A DNA stretch of 64,000 bases, taken from positions 5,270,001 to 5,334,000 of the forward strand of contig OZ004614.1 of assembly GCA_963924565.1 (NCBI GenBank), written 5' to 3'. Every line of letters begins with the position of its first letter. The stretch's first letter is position 1. Source of the stretch: Ascidiella aspersa (Eukaryota). The notes under the pieces were generated by a model. That model saw only the letters and a program-made list of their open reading frames with translations. It was not told the DNA's origin and did not search any database. Below, in pieces: positions 38,901 to 50,400 of the stretch. The position numbers were made by a program, and so were the translations under genes.

Positions 38901-39552
38901 TTCGTCTGGTTATTTTGTTGCTTACGTTTGGTTTTCGTCTAGATTTTTTCGATCGGACAGAATATCTTCCGACGCCATGTTTCAACTGGCGCACAGAATA
39001 CAACGCAACTTAACCAACCCCACTTGGTTTGACGTGACTCAGCTGATAGGCAAGACCTTTCCCAACCTTCCAATAACTGGCATCTTTGGTTACTATGGCG
39101 AAACTAGTGTTTGCATGCCCAGACTCTTCGTTTCTGTTAACGACCCTTCCTGGCAATACTCTGTGCTTCTTATCACGCTTAACTTTACCCTGTTTTTCTT
39201 CATGCTTGTTTCGTATGTTCTGATTTATATACAAAGCAACAAAATGAGCAAAGCAAGACAGAGTCAAGTGAATAGCAACATGCAAAAACGTATCTCTCGT
39301 TTGCTTATTACTGATTTTTGTTGCTGGATCCCGCTGTGCGTTTGCGGTTTCTTGGCGGTAGCTGGTGTTCCCCTTACTAACGATGTTTACATTATCAGTG
39401 CTGGTATTTTGTTGCCCATCAACAGTGCTTTAAACCCGCTGCTATACTCCACGTTTCTAAAACAAATGTTCACTCGAATTAAAAAGCGTGCGAGCTCTCA
39501 TCGAAGCACTACCAGGCAAACTGAAATGAGTGTTGTTGGCAGGGATAGCTAA
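35968..39552 (+). pseudogene. LDLa-GPCR copy 5 (most divergent), single nonsense codon
   Basis: Colinear and in frame apart from TGG>TGA at 38017-38019 (RPEC*DLSDEC vs RPECWDLSDEC). Confidence 0.88.
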
Positions 39553-40940
39553 ATTTATTTTTCACGTTTTGTAAAATGTGTAATTTTAAGGGGTCATTTT
39601 TTGACGTCACTGTATGTAATTTATTGTCGGTATAAAACAACACTTGTAATGCAAACATCAAGTTTGAAAAGTTTTCTATTTTCTCTTTATGTTTATACTG
39701 TGTCGGAGTTTTCGTGTGTCGTAATGTTTTTAATGACCTAAGTCGCAGAAATGTATGTATATGTTTATTTCTATTTGTTCTATACACGAATCAAGTATAA
39801 TCTATTGTGTAAATTTGCATATTTTCATTCTCTTCTACGTATTTATAATTTCAAACACAATGTTAGTTTACAAGAGAGAATTATTTTCTGAATTTGTAAA
39901 ATATAGTGGATAACGTGCACCATATTGAATTTAGCTTGATAAATTTGCCATGAATAGCCGACAGCTTTGATTTTTAACAAAAAATAGGATGTTTTACATC
40001 TTTACGAAAAATTGCTTATATGGCGTTGAGAAACGATACAGAGATTATAGGTTAATTCCCTTAAAAGCATTATGATGTCGCTTAATTACGATAAGAGCAG
40101 GAACTAGGTTCAGCACCAACTGAGGAATTAAATTAGATTATACTGACATTTGTTTGACATTTCGGAAAAAGAAAAATGGATAAAGGTCACTGTGATCTAA
40201 AATAGAAATTAATGCAGACTGACAACTTAAAGGTTGCTTTTAACATAGGCCTGCTGCACGCAGGCTTTCTAATTGTATTTAAAATTGTTCAAGAGTTTAT
40301 CATTTATAAGACGTTTGCTTACGCGCTACACCAGGGTTCGGCAACCTTCCCTAACCTATAATAAGGCATGTTTATTACAACATTGTTGGGATAAATTTTC
40401 ATGTTCTGCAAAGACCTATTACAGTTTCGTTTTGGTCCAAGACACGAACATGGTTTCCGACCCCAGTGCTACACGAATAATAACTTAAATGTTATCAAAT
40501 TGGTTTCATAGTTTCTTGTACATAACATTAACTGTTTTAGGCAAGTTAATTGTATCGCTAAATGAATGTGCTAACCGGGGGAGATTCAGAAACCAAGGCT
40601 TCCAAAGGAACCAAAATTAGTTGAAAGTCGGACGTGATTTATCAATTGCCAAATATTAAATAATTTCAGCAAACTTTCGACGCTGTATAATTGCATGGTT
40701 GTCAAATTTTCAGTTGTCAGAAAAAAAATAATAAGGAACTTTTCTGTAAAGTAATGCGGTCGGAAACCTATAGTGACAACGGGGCGCCGTAATTCAACTT
40801 TAAAATCAAGATCATTTTTGCTATGCTCGGTTGGCACTTCGCGTGTTCAGGAATTATAAATAAATTTAACAGGCTTTGCATGTATAACGTTATCTGAAGT
40901 TTTGATCACAATTCGCCTTAAAGGGAATTTCTAAGGTAAG

Positions 40941-41162
40941 CTAGATGTCATAGTTCAAATCTAAAAACTAGATGGTAATAGCTCAAAATTAAAAACGAGA
41001 TGTCATAGTTCTAAAATCTAAATGTTATTAGCCCAGAGCTAAAAACTATATGGCATACCTCGAACCTAAAAACTAGATGGCACAAGAGAGCTAAAAACTT
41101 GATGTCATAGCAGAGCTAAAAAATAGATGTCATAGTTCCAAGCTAAAAATGAGATGTCATAG
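40941..41162. repeat. Degenerate ~28-30 bp tandem repeat (ctaaaaactagatgtcatag...)
   Basis: About 8 diverged units visible. Confidence 0.75.
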
Positions 41163-41455
41163 GAGTTTTTCTAAGTCCTTTGCAGGGTTACACAACGAGT
41201 GACAGGGTCTTGAGTATGTTTTAAACGAGTATTCTATCTAATAGAATGCAATTTTTATTTGAATTAAAAAAATTATGACACCATTCCAACTGAGTCACAC
41301 ATAAATCAAAGAGTGTCAGACAAAGATGAACGTTCAGTTTATTATACTGTCAAATGTTAAGGGTGGAAAACATTAGGGACGGCCTGCTCTAGCTAGCATT
41401 TTTTAAGCTTACACAACAGCGTTCGGTTTCACTTTATTATAGTCACATGTGCGAG

Positions 41456-44400
41456 TCAAGTCTGCGGCAACGTGATGCTTTTTTCAAAGGAAGAGTCCGG
41501 TGCGATTTTATGAATGGGAACGTCGACGCTCTTGTCCCTGCTAGCGCTGGAGAGCATCTTTTGGTTACGCTTATGTCGCCTGACAACCGTTGCTATGATG
41601 ACGACCACGCAGATAAGAACGAGGACCCCAAAGACTCCAGAAATGACGCTGGTGGTTAGGAATTCTGGATAAACAACTTTGTGAAAGTTGTTTAATATAA
41701 GGTGCAAAATCTTGGATTGCAGGTATTATATCAAACTAACACGCAGAATATAGGTTTCAGTCATTTTTTAAAATATTTGTTTTCGTTAAGGACGAATTTC
41801 GCTGTTATACAAGGAGTAGTTTTATTCAAACGTAGAATTTGTACTATGATGTTATTTTAACGTTAGTTAATATATCAATGTATTGGCGACCGATACCAAA
41901 ACCATAAGGCATAAATAATTAGATGATAGAATTTGTTAAATGTAATATATTTTACCGCAATCCGACACCCGATAACAAAAGACAACATTACTATAAACAA
42001 ATTAGATGACATTGAAATGTTTAAACTAATTTTTATTCGGTAAGAAAAGAAAAAAATTGCTTTTACGTTAAAAGAAATTTTAGTTACCATCAGTTATTAA
42101 CCTATAACTGATATTTGAATATTTCACCTTTCAACGTGGAAATCTTTGAGACGGATTGAACATTATGACTGAAATTTCTGTATTATTTTGGTATATATTT
42201 AAAACCCATACCACCTAGTACCTGATGAGCACCGATGTTGCCACTTTGCATCGGGTATCGGCTCCGATCACATAATATGGGACAAAGGAATTACTAGCCT
42301 AATGTGGTATTGCACTTAATGCTGTCTCTCTAAGTATCTCAATCCCTTTTTGCCTAAAGGAACTTACTTGGGTACACTATGCACGAATCTGTAATGTAGC
42401 TTGATAAAGAACTTTGCAAAGCCTAAAAGGTCAAGCAGATCAACATCATCTTTATTAAGACGTTTTAATACGAGCTTGTGTCATCTTCAGTCAAAGTGAC
42501 TGAGAAGTAAATCAAAGCTTAACTTATAAAAGGTAGGCCGTAATTGCTATCATTCTGAGTTTCTATATTGGAGCATTATTTAGCATCTTTAGGTGTTGAA
42601 CAGGTGCAGAAACTCCATATACAATCAGAAAAAAAGGAACTTAAGTCTTAATCAAGATGATGTGGACTCGACCTTTTTGGCTTTGCAATTCGTTAACAAA
42701 GGAAAACTTAATAACTAAAATTCGTTCTTCTAATGTAAACAAAGTATAAACCAACGTTTCGGCAGCAGATACCAGCTGACCTTATCAGGGTTAAAAATTA
42801 AAACGAGAGTGCGTTAGCCAGCTTATATACTAAAAAGTATAAAATAAAAAGACTGTAGATTAAAATTAATAAATCTAAACGTCGCTGAAGTATGCGATGG
42901 AAAACTTACCCTGGTTTAATTTAGGCGCTTTAAGCTTGGTCGTATAGCTGGGGCGACCCTCACCCTTCACCGTTGCCATAGTGATGGGGCCGAACGTTAG
43001 GAACCCGCTCAAATCGCTCGATACCCCTTTGTTGACGATGTCGCGCTTGACCCTCCGTGGGGCGGAATCACCGGTCACCCCGTTACAGAGGGGCTGAGCA
43101 AAACGAACGTTTTGTGTTAAGAGGTATTTTGTTATGTGGTGTGTTGTCAAAGGTAGCCTGTGTATTGAATCTTTGTCAACTCGCCAATTTAAGGTAATTG
43201 AATGTACTGTAGTCACACTAGGGACGAGTTTCCATGTCAACGTTTTGTTTTAAATTGGATCGTATGGGCGCTAAATAGGCACATTGTACATTCGTTATAA
43301 TCCCTAAAATCACCCCTCTGACGTAAAAGTTTAATCCACGGTCCACGACACTTTTTCATCTAGGTTTAGTCCCCACAATTGAAATTAGGATCCAACCAGA
43401 CCCACACATACCAACAACTTCATTTTATAAACACATACATGAAGCGAGGTTTTTAGAATATGTAAATTGTTTTATTAGAATATGTAAATGTACGATTGGA
43501 ATATACACGGAAGACTGTTTTTATAAATTACTTGGTATGCAAACGTCTATTTCTGGGCAAACGTTGTATGTTATATTTGTTTTTCCTGGTATCTCTACTT
43601 TGAAATCACATGAGTTTTTTGGTAAGTAGAAATCAAATATAGTCAACATAGTCTACGTAAACTCTTGCTACCGGGCATGGTTATGTTAATCAAAAGCTTC
43701 TTTGGTAATTTTAATTCCTAACGAACGTTTCGGCAGCCTATATGCAAGTCAATTTCAACAGGGGTGAATAACACCAAAAGTAAGCTAGTACTATAGACCA
43801 GTGCTTCTTAAACTTTTTTAGTTTTGTTCGCCCCTAGCATATATCTCAAGATTTCATTCACCCTTGTCTCATGATATGATAAAACTATCTCATCTATATG
43901 TAACAGCATAAAATTACTTTGGTTGTTTCGTTTGTTAAGGTCAACTCAAGATAAGTTTTACCATCGTGTGTTTACAATTTTTCGAGTCCAGACATATAAA
44001 GCTACAAAAGCACAAAACACAGTCACAAAGTTTAGAAAAACAATTGACTATAATCCATTCCTGACGGTTCACCCTTATTCACCCCTTTTGGTTGATTCAC
44101 CCCTGCAAACATTTTATTCACCCTGGGGTGAACCATTCACCTGATTAAGAAACACTGCTATAGACAACACACGTAGGAAAAAATGCAAAAAAATCCCCTG
44201 TACGTACTTACTAAAATGGGTACTGCCTACCTGGGCTACTACTTAATAAAAGTGCAACCAAGTAAAGAGTGTGTAAGATAGAAATACGCGAATTTGTCTT
44301 ACCCCCTGGCCGGAACATACTTGCGATGATTTGTTACATATCTGGACTCCGCAATGCAGATAGACGTATCTGTAACAAATATACAAATCTAACGTATTTG

Positions 44401-47400
44401 TTGAACTTGTAAACGGGTATTTTAGCATGTCCTTGGTTTTGCCAATTAATTAATGTATAAGCCTAACAAAAATACAATTATTGTTCTCACAGAAAAACTG
44501 TGGTATAAATTTCGTTCTTAGTTTCTGAAAAGCAGTAACAATCTTAAACGGTGTAAGCTAAACTACTTTTTACTCAGATTATTCAATATTATTTTAGATA
44601 ATGCTTGCCTGTACGCCAAAATGTAAGTCGTATTAGTCAATTTTAAAATCATGTCCGAGTCAAGTTGTTTTTCGTAAAATCGCAAGGTACAGTGTACTGT
44701 AAGGCGTCCACTTAGGGAATAAAGAAGCGTAAACTCACTCTTCCCTGCTTATCTTCCACTGGAACATCTGGAACATGAATCTCGCCTTGCGACCTTGACC
44801 GTTCGACAGGATACGGACCGTTCCGTCTTCTGGACTGGCACACCTGTATGTGTAACATTTCTATAGCGTAGCCTATACCAGTGACCTAGTAATGCAGTGG
44901 TAGGGTTCTTAAACTGGGCTCCATCATGGCTACTTGGGATACGTGAACGTGTTTTGGGGGTTTCTCGAAGGCCTAATTAAACCATTAGAGTTTTTTTTTA
45001 TTTTACTTTTGCATTGTTTCGGGCCAAAAGTGGCAGATTTCTGAAGTCTATATGTATTGTTATTTTAATTAATGACGTCATCTATAAAAATATCTTGCCT
45101 ACTTTGACACACGAGTAATAAACAAAAAAATTAGAGCTCCTCTGTGTAAAAAGTTCAGGAACCCCCTGTTATGGCCTATCGATCTAGTAATACAGTTGAC
45201 CTGAACGCAAAATTGTAGGATGTGGTCATAGCTAATGGACAGCAATAAAATCACAAGCAAACGTTGATCGATTGGTTTTATTAGGCCAGTGATTCCCAAA
45301 CTTTTTTTCTCGCGAACCATTTTGAGCTTTTGTACAGTGTTGATGTACCACCTAAGTTACACCTTACCAGAATATCTCAAACTTTAACTCAGTGGTTCTT
45401 AACCTTTTTTCAGCCGCGCCCCCCTTTGGTAATTTTCTCATGTCTTGCGCCCCCCTAATATTTCGACATTTTGCAATTAAATATCACTGAGAAAACAGGA
45501 AAATAGTGAAGGAAGGGATTGTTGGTCGCGCGAAGCGCGAATAATTTTGAGTTTTAGTTGGTCGAATTGGCTAAACTGCAACCGAAGAGGCGTTTCGCAT
45601 TGGGCACGCAACAAATTGCGCGAGCTCGACACATTGATTTTATCGAGCTGATTTTGACAAACGTGTTGCGAGGGCATTTACTCCACAGTTGTAAGAGTTA
45701 TTATGTCGAGCGCAAAAAATGTCAAGCGCAAATATTATACATTGCGTTATCGTGTTTCAAAAGATGTAACGACACACAATACAACGGCAATATTGCAAAA
45801 ACAATATAGTTTCGCGCAAAAAAAGTTCGACTCCCCCTGTTGCTATAGCCTGTTATCATATATAAAATATGGATGAAAAATAGTCCGAAAGGGCGATAGC
45901 TTTTATCGTTTATCTATAAGTTAATTTAATAGGACGGTGATACCATGGATTTTCTAAAAGGGAACTATAAGATTGGCGCGCAGCGCGAAAATTTTTGCAG
46001 TTTTAATGTTAAAGTTGGCAAAAAACAGAGTTTGTATGTAGGAATTATGCCTAACCCAAACGAAACCATTAAAATCACTGCAAAAATTAAAAATATATAA
46101 AGTCGAGCTCGCGCCCCCCTTAGAATTCCTTGGCGCACCCCTAGGGGGGTGCGCCCCCCCAACCCCCCCCCCCCCGGTTAAGAACCGCGAACCGCTGCTT
46201 TAACTATTTTAGCATATTATACAAAATAAGTAAGCAGAATTAAACTTTACCCAGGAAGACAAAGAAGCCATAAATTAAACAAAACCCAAGGTTCAATGCG
46301 ATAGTTGTTTTTTCTTCACCAGCTGGTCGATACATACTACAACTACACCGCTCACTATTAGTTTATTACTACATATATATTAAACCAGCTAACAATTAGC
46401 GTTTTATTATCTTGAACAAGATAAGTGTTACGTCATAAACGTGCGAAACCTCAAGTTAAACGAGGTAACCAAAACGCAGCACGGCAAATTACCCAATCTG
46501 AAAGTTTAAAAAGTTGAACGTTTTCGAAATTTATACGTATGCTGAAGTTAGTCGCGTACCACCTGAAAGACTCTCGCGTACCACCGGTGGTACGCGTACC
46601 ACAGTTTGGGAACCACTGTATTAGGCGGAAAGGCGAGTAAAGTTTAAATTAAAACCAGGTCAGAAATGCAATAACTTTTAGCTGGCCGTTCTTGGGCCAA
46701 ATTAGGAAACATTTAGACAAAGTGTTGATGCTAATAAACTCGTACCCGAATAAAAACCGACAGACAAAAACTTTTGTCCGGCCATACATCTAAAAACTAA
46801 ACGTCAAGCTAATTAAGTGTGGTAAATCGTATAATAATTAAATTGATACAAAGCAAAATTTCAAAGCTATAACAGCTGAAGTAAAATACCTGCCGGTTAT
46901 GAGGTAGTGATAGTTTTTCATCACTTCAAAAGCCTCACTCGTTGTTGCGTAGCAACTGTCCAATGACGTCACTATGTCGTCATCGCCGAATACGTCATCC
47001 ATATCAACCGATACATAAACGGGAACACCTGTCGATTGTTTCGGGTGATTAAAAATGTTATTCAGCTTCCCCTATGCTTTTGGGACGCATAATGTTTGAT
47101 AGCTCTTTCCACGCAAATTTAGTGAAACTGCAAATGACGGTTTCGCTGTTTACTGTTAATATTTTCACAGGGATATCAAAGAAGAGTGTAACATCCCACG
47201 ATTATAGTTCCGGGCTATTCCTTTGCCTACTTTTGTGACGGATCGACCCATGTCCCTAATAAATATTCAGACCATTAATTATTATTTGTCAGGACCTAAA
47301 CTAGTGTGCACATAAAATAAATATTGAAGCTTTCGATCGACGACAGACTTTACGTTTAGTCTAAGATTATTATTAAATTGTCAATAAACCACGGCTCGTT

Positions 47401-50400
47401 GGTCTAGGGGTATGATTCTCGCTTCGGGTGCGAGAGGTCCTGGGTTCAATTCCCGGACGAGCCCACTTTACTACATTTTACATGGTAATCAAAAAGTTTA
47501 TCGATTTTATATCTGAGATTAAATATATTTTGATTGAAAAAAGTTGCTCGTTGGTCTGGGGAAGTTTTTATCAGTCTTTTATTGCTAGCGGCACCCCTCA
47601 GAAATATTAAATGGATTGGGGCATCCCTACAAGATTTTACCGTTGGTAATTTACTAGAATGTCATAATATCGGAACTGGAACAACACTCTTCTACTTTAC
47701 AGAACGCAGGAAGCTATAATTGGATTTATTCCACTCTAAAAAAAAATCAGGTTCTTAAAGATTCCAAAATATTTCTCGGCAACCTTGAGCGTTAGAAATT
47801 GCACCCAAGGGTGCCGCGGCATCCCGGTTGAGAACCAGTGGTCTAGTGTGTGACTCTCGCTTCGGGTGCGTGAGGTCCCTATAGTTTCATTTCTCATTTC
47901 ATTCAAATCCCGGACGATGCCAGTTTCTTTTTCCCTAGACAAAGATTCAGTGTTCACACACTTTAATTCTTTCTCGTTTTCCTTGGCATGTAAAACTTCC
48001 CAGCCACAAAGCCCAGACGATCTGATTTTATTTCATTACCTTTGGTTTATTTAAAATCTTATATATTTCGGTGGAAATTTAAACCATATTTCAGTGGAAA
48101 TTTAAACCAACAAAGTCCAAACTATTTTCATTACCAAATTATATAATTCTTCCCACCTACAACCATGGAAGGCCTGGCGCCCAGTTTGCATACTATTTTT
48201 ATCACCAAATTATATAATTCTTCCCACCTACAACCATGGAAGGCCTGGCGCCCAGTTTGCATACTATTTTTATCACCAAATTATATAATTCTTCCCACCT
48301 ACAACCATGGAAGGCCTGGCGCCCAGTTTGCATACTATTTTTATCACCAAATTATATAATTCTTCCCACCTACAACCATGGAAGGCCTGGCGCCCAGTTT
48401 GCATACTATTTTTATCACCAAATTATATAATTCTTCCCACCTACAACCATGGAAGGCCTGGCGCCCAGTTTGCATACTATTTTTATCACCAAATTATATA
48501 ATTCTTCCCACCTACAACCATGGAAGGCCTGGCGCCCAGTTTGCATACTATTTTTATCACCAAATTATATAATTCTTCCCACCTACAACCATGGAAGGCC
48601 TGGGGCCCAGTTTGCTCTTCGGGTGAAAGTCGCTTCTTTGGTAGAGATTCATCGCAACACTCAAGGTTCCTTGAGATGTGGCGAAGTTCAGTGTCCTGTT
48701 AACATTGCAGCAAAATATAAAACTAGAGCCATATCCGATTTATTATTTATGTAGAAAAATGTTTTTTATATCTTTTTTTTCTGTTTATTGTATCATTTTT
48801 TCAATATCATAAATTGGTGTCGAAATAAAGTATTACATTGGGCCAGTAATCGACACTGACAATAGCAATTGATTAAGTTAAATGCGCAAATTAACGACTG
48901 ACGTGGACGCTTGACTTTTTGCAGCACGTAACCGCTTAGTAAACGATAGGAAATTTACTAACCTATTCGTTTAGATCAGGGGTTCTAAAACTGGGGTCCA
49001 TGGACCCCTTGGGGGTCCGTGAATTAGTTTTAGGGGGTCCATGAAGGCTTAATTGAAATATTAATGTATATTTAAAAAGTAATCATTTTTTCAAAGAAAG
49101 CAGTTTAATTAAAAACAAAACGGTTTTGCACTGACTGTATTTAGACCTCATTTCACTTTTATATTTTTTAGACTGAAATCAACAGATTTATGAAGTCTAT
49201 TTGTATTGTGACGTCAATTTATGACGTCATTATTTGAATTTTTTCATTTCGTGGTTCACGCGACATCAAAAAAGTTTTAGGGGTCCTAGATACCCCACTC
49301 TATGGAGTGTGTGTAACTATTTTATGAGGGTGTGTAACTATTCTATGGTGTGTGTAACTATTCTATTCTGTGTGGGTAACTATTCTATGGGGTTTGTGTA
49401 ACTATTCTATTGGGTTTGTGTAACTATTCTATGTGTGTGTAAGTATTCCATGGGGTTTTGTAATCACGTGTCCCTATCCACAACTTGTAATACAATTCGG
49501 TTGCATTAGGTGATTAGCTTGTCCCTAAACCACCAAGGGGTCCATGGACCCCAGTTTACTAACCCGTGCTGCAGAACTATATAGTTGTCCAAAACTGCTT
49601 GCAGCACTAACCTGACGCGTGGTGTGAGTGCGAATGACGAGCTGACCACGTACTTATCGTCGTACCGACACTCGATGCTCATCAGTTGTTCGTACTTTTC
49701 AGGACTGGAGAAGACAATCTCGTTGAGGAACCTGTACTCGTTTCCGTCATGCTGCGAACATAAACGTTGTACTGCAAAAGCTCTCGGGTTAAGGCTCGAT
49801 CGCTGTCATATTTATTGATCTTTCTAAATTGTCATTTTTCCCAATTCTGATTAGGGTAATCAGGTGGCACTCTATGAAGACAAATTGCTTTGAATTCTTG
49901 ACAAGCTTTCGCACAACCGTGCTTCATCGGGTCAAACTGGAAATGCAGGCAATTAAAACGTTGTAATAGGGTTGGTTTTTACCAAAAAATAGAAAAAAAG
50001 TTTTTGAATACATTTCATTCAAATTGTCACTAAACAGCGTGAGGGCCTTTTCTGTTTATTGGCTATCATTCCTCAACAAACTTGCTGATAAGTGTTTGTG
50101 TCGCAAAAACGCGATCCGCGGCCCAAGCAGTTTATTTCGGCCCGCTGCTTTTTTTAGTTATTTCAGAGTATTTTCTATAATGTATTACGCTTGGAAGGCA
50201 TCCTAGGATATTCCTACTCTTACCAGCTTATCAGAACCATGGAATTTAAAGATTATTTTAAGATGAATCACACGTTGTATTAATGTATTCGAGATCCCAA
50301 TTTTTCATCCCGCCAAGACATTTTCTGCTTCTGTTCAAAACGAATTGTCCACCCTTGCTCTATACTTACAATCACCCTCATGCCGCAAGTGGCGTATGGA

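Larger units (their letters stand above)
2023..40345 (+). repeat. Tandem segmental duplication array, five units
   Basis: ATG-to-ATG spacings are 6505, 8306, 8348 and 7672 bp. Upstream regions of copies 1-4 are near-identical; copy 5 flanks are more diverged. Confidence 0.95.

Noticed and set aside
42221-42270. CTGATGAG followed by a hairpin as a hammerhead
   Set aside because: No GAAA core or stem III downstream.
48121-48614. CRISPR-like array or repeated MEGLAPSLH ORFs
   Set aside because: Units are identical with no unique spacers, the context is eukaryotic, and the ORFs are artefacts of the 71-bp period.
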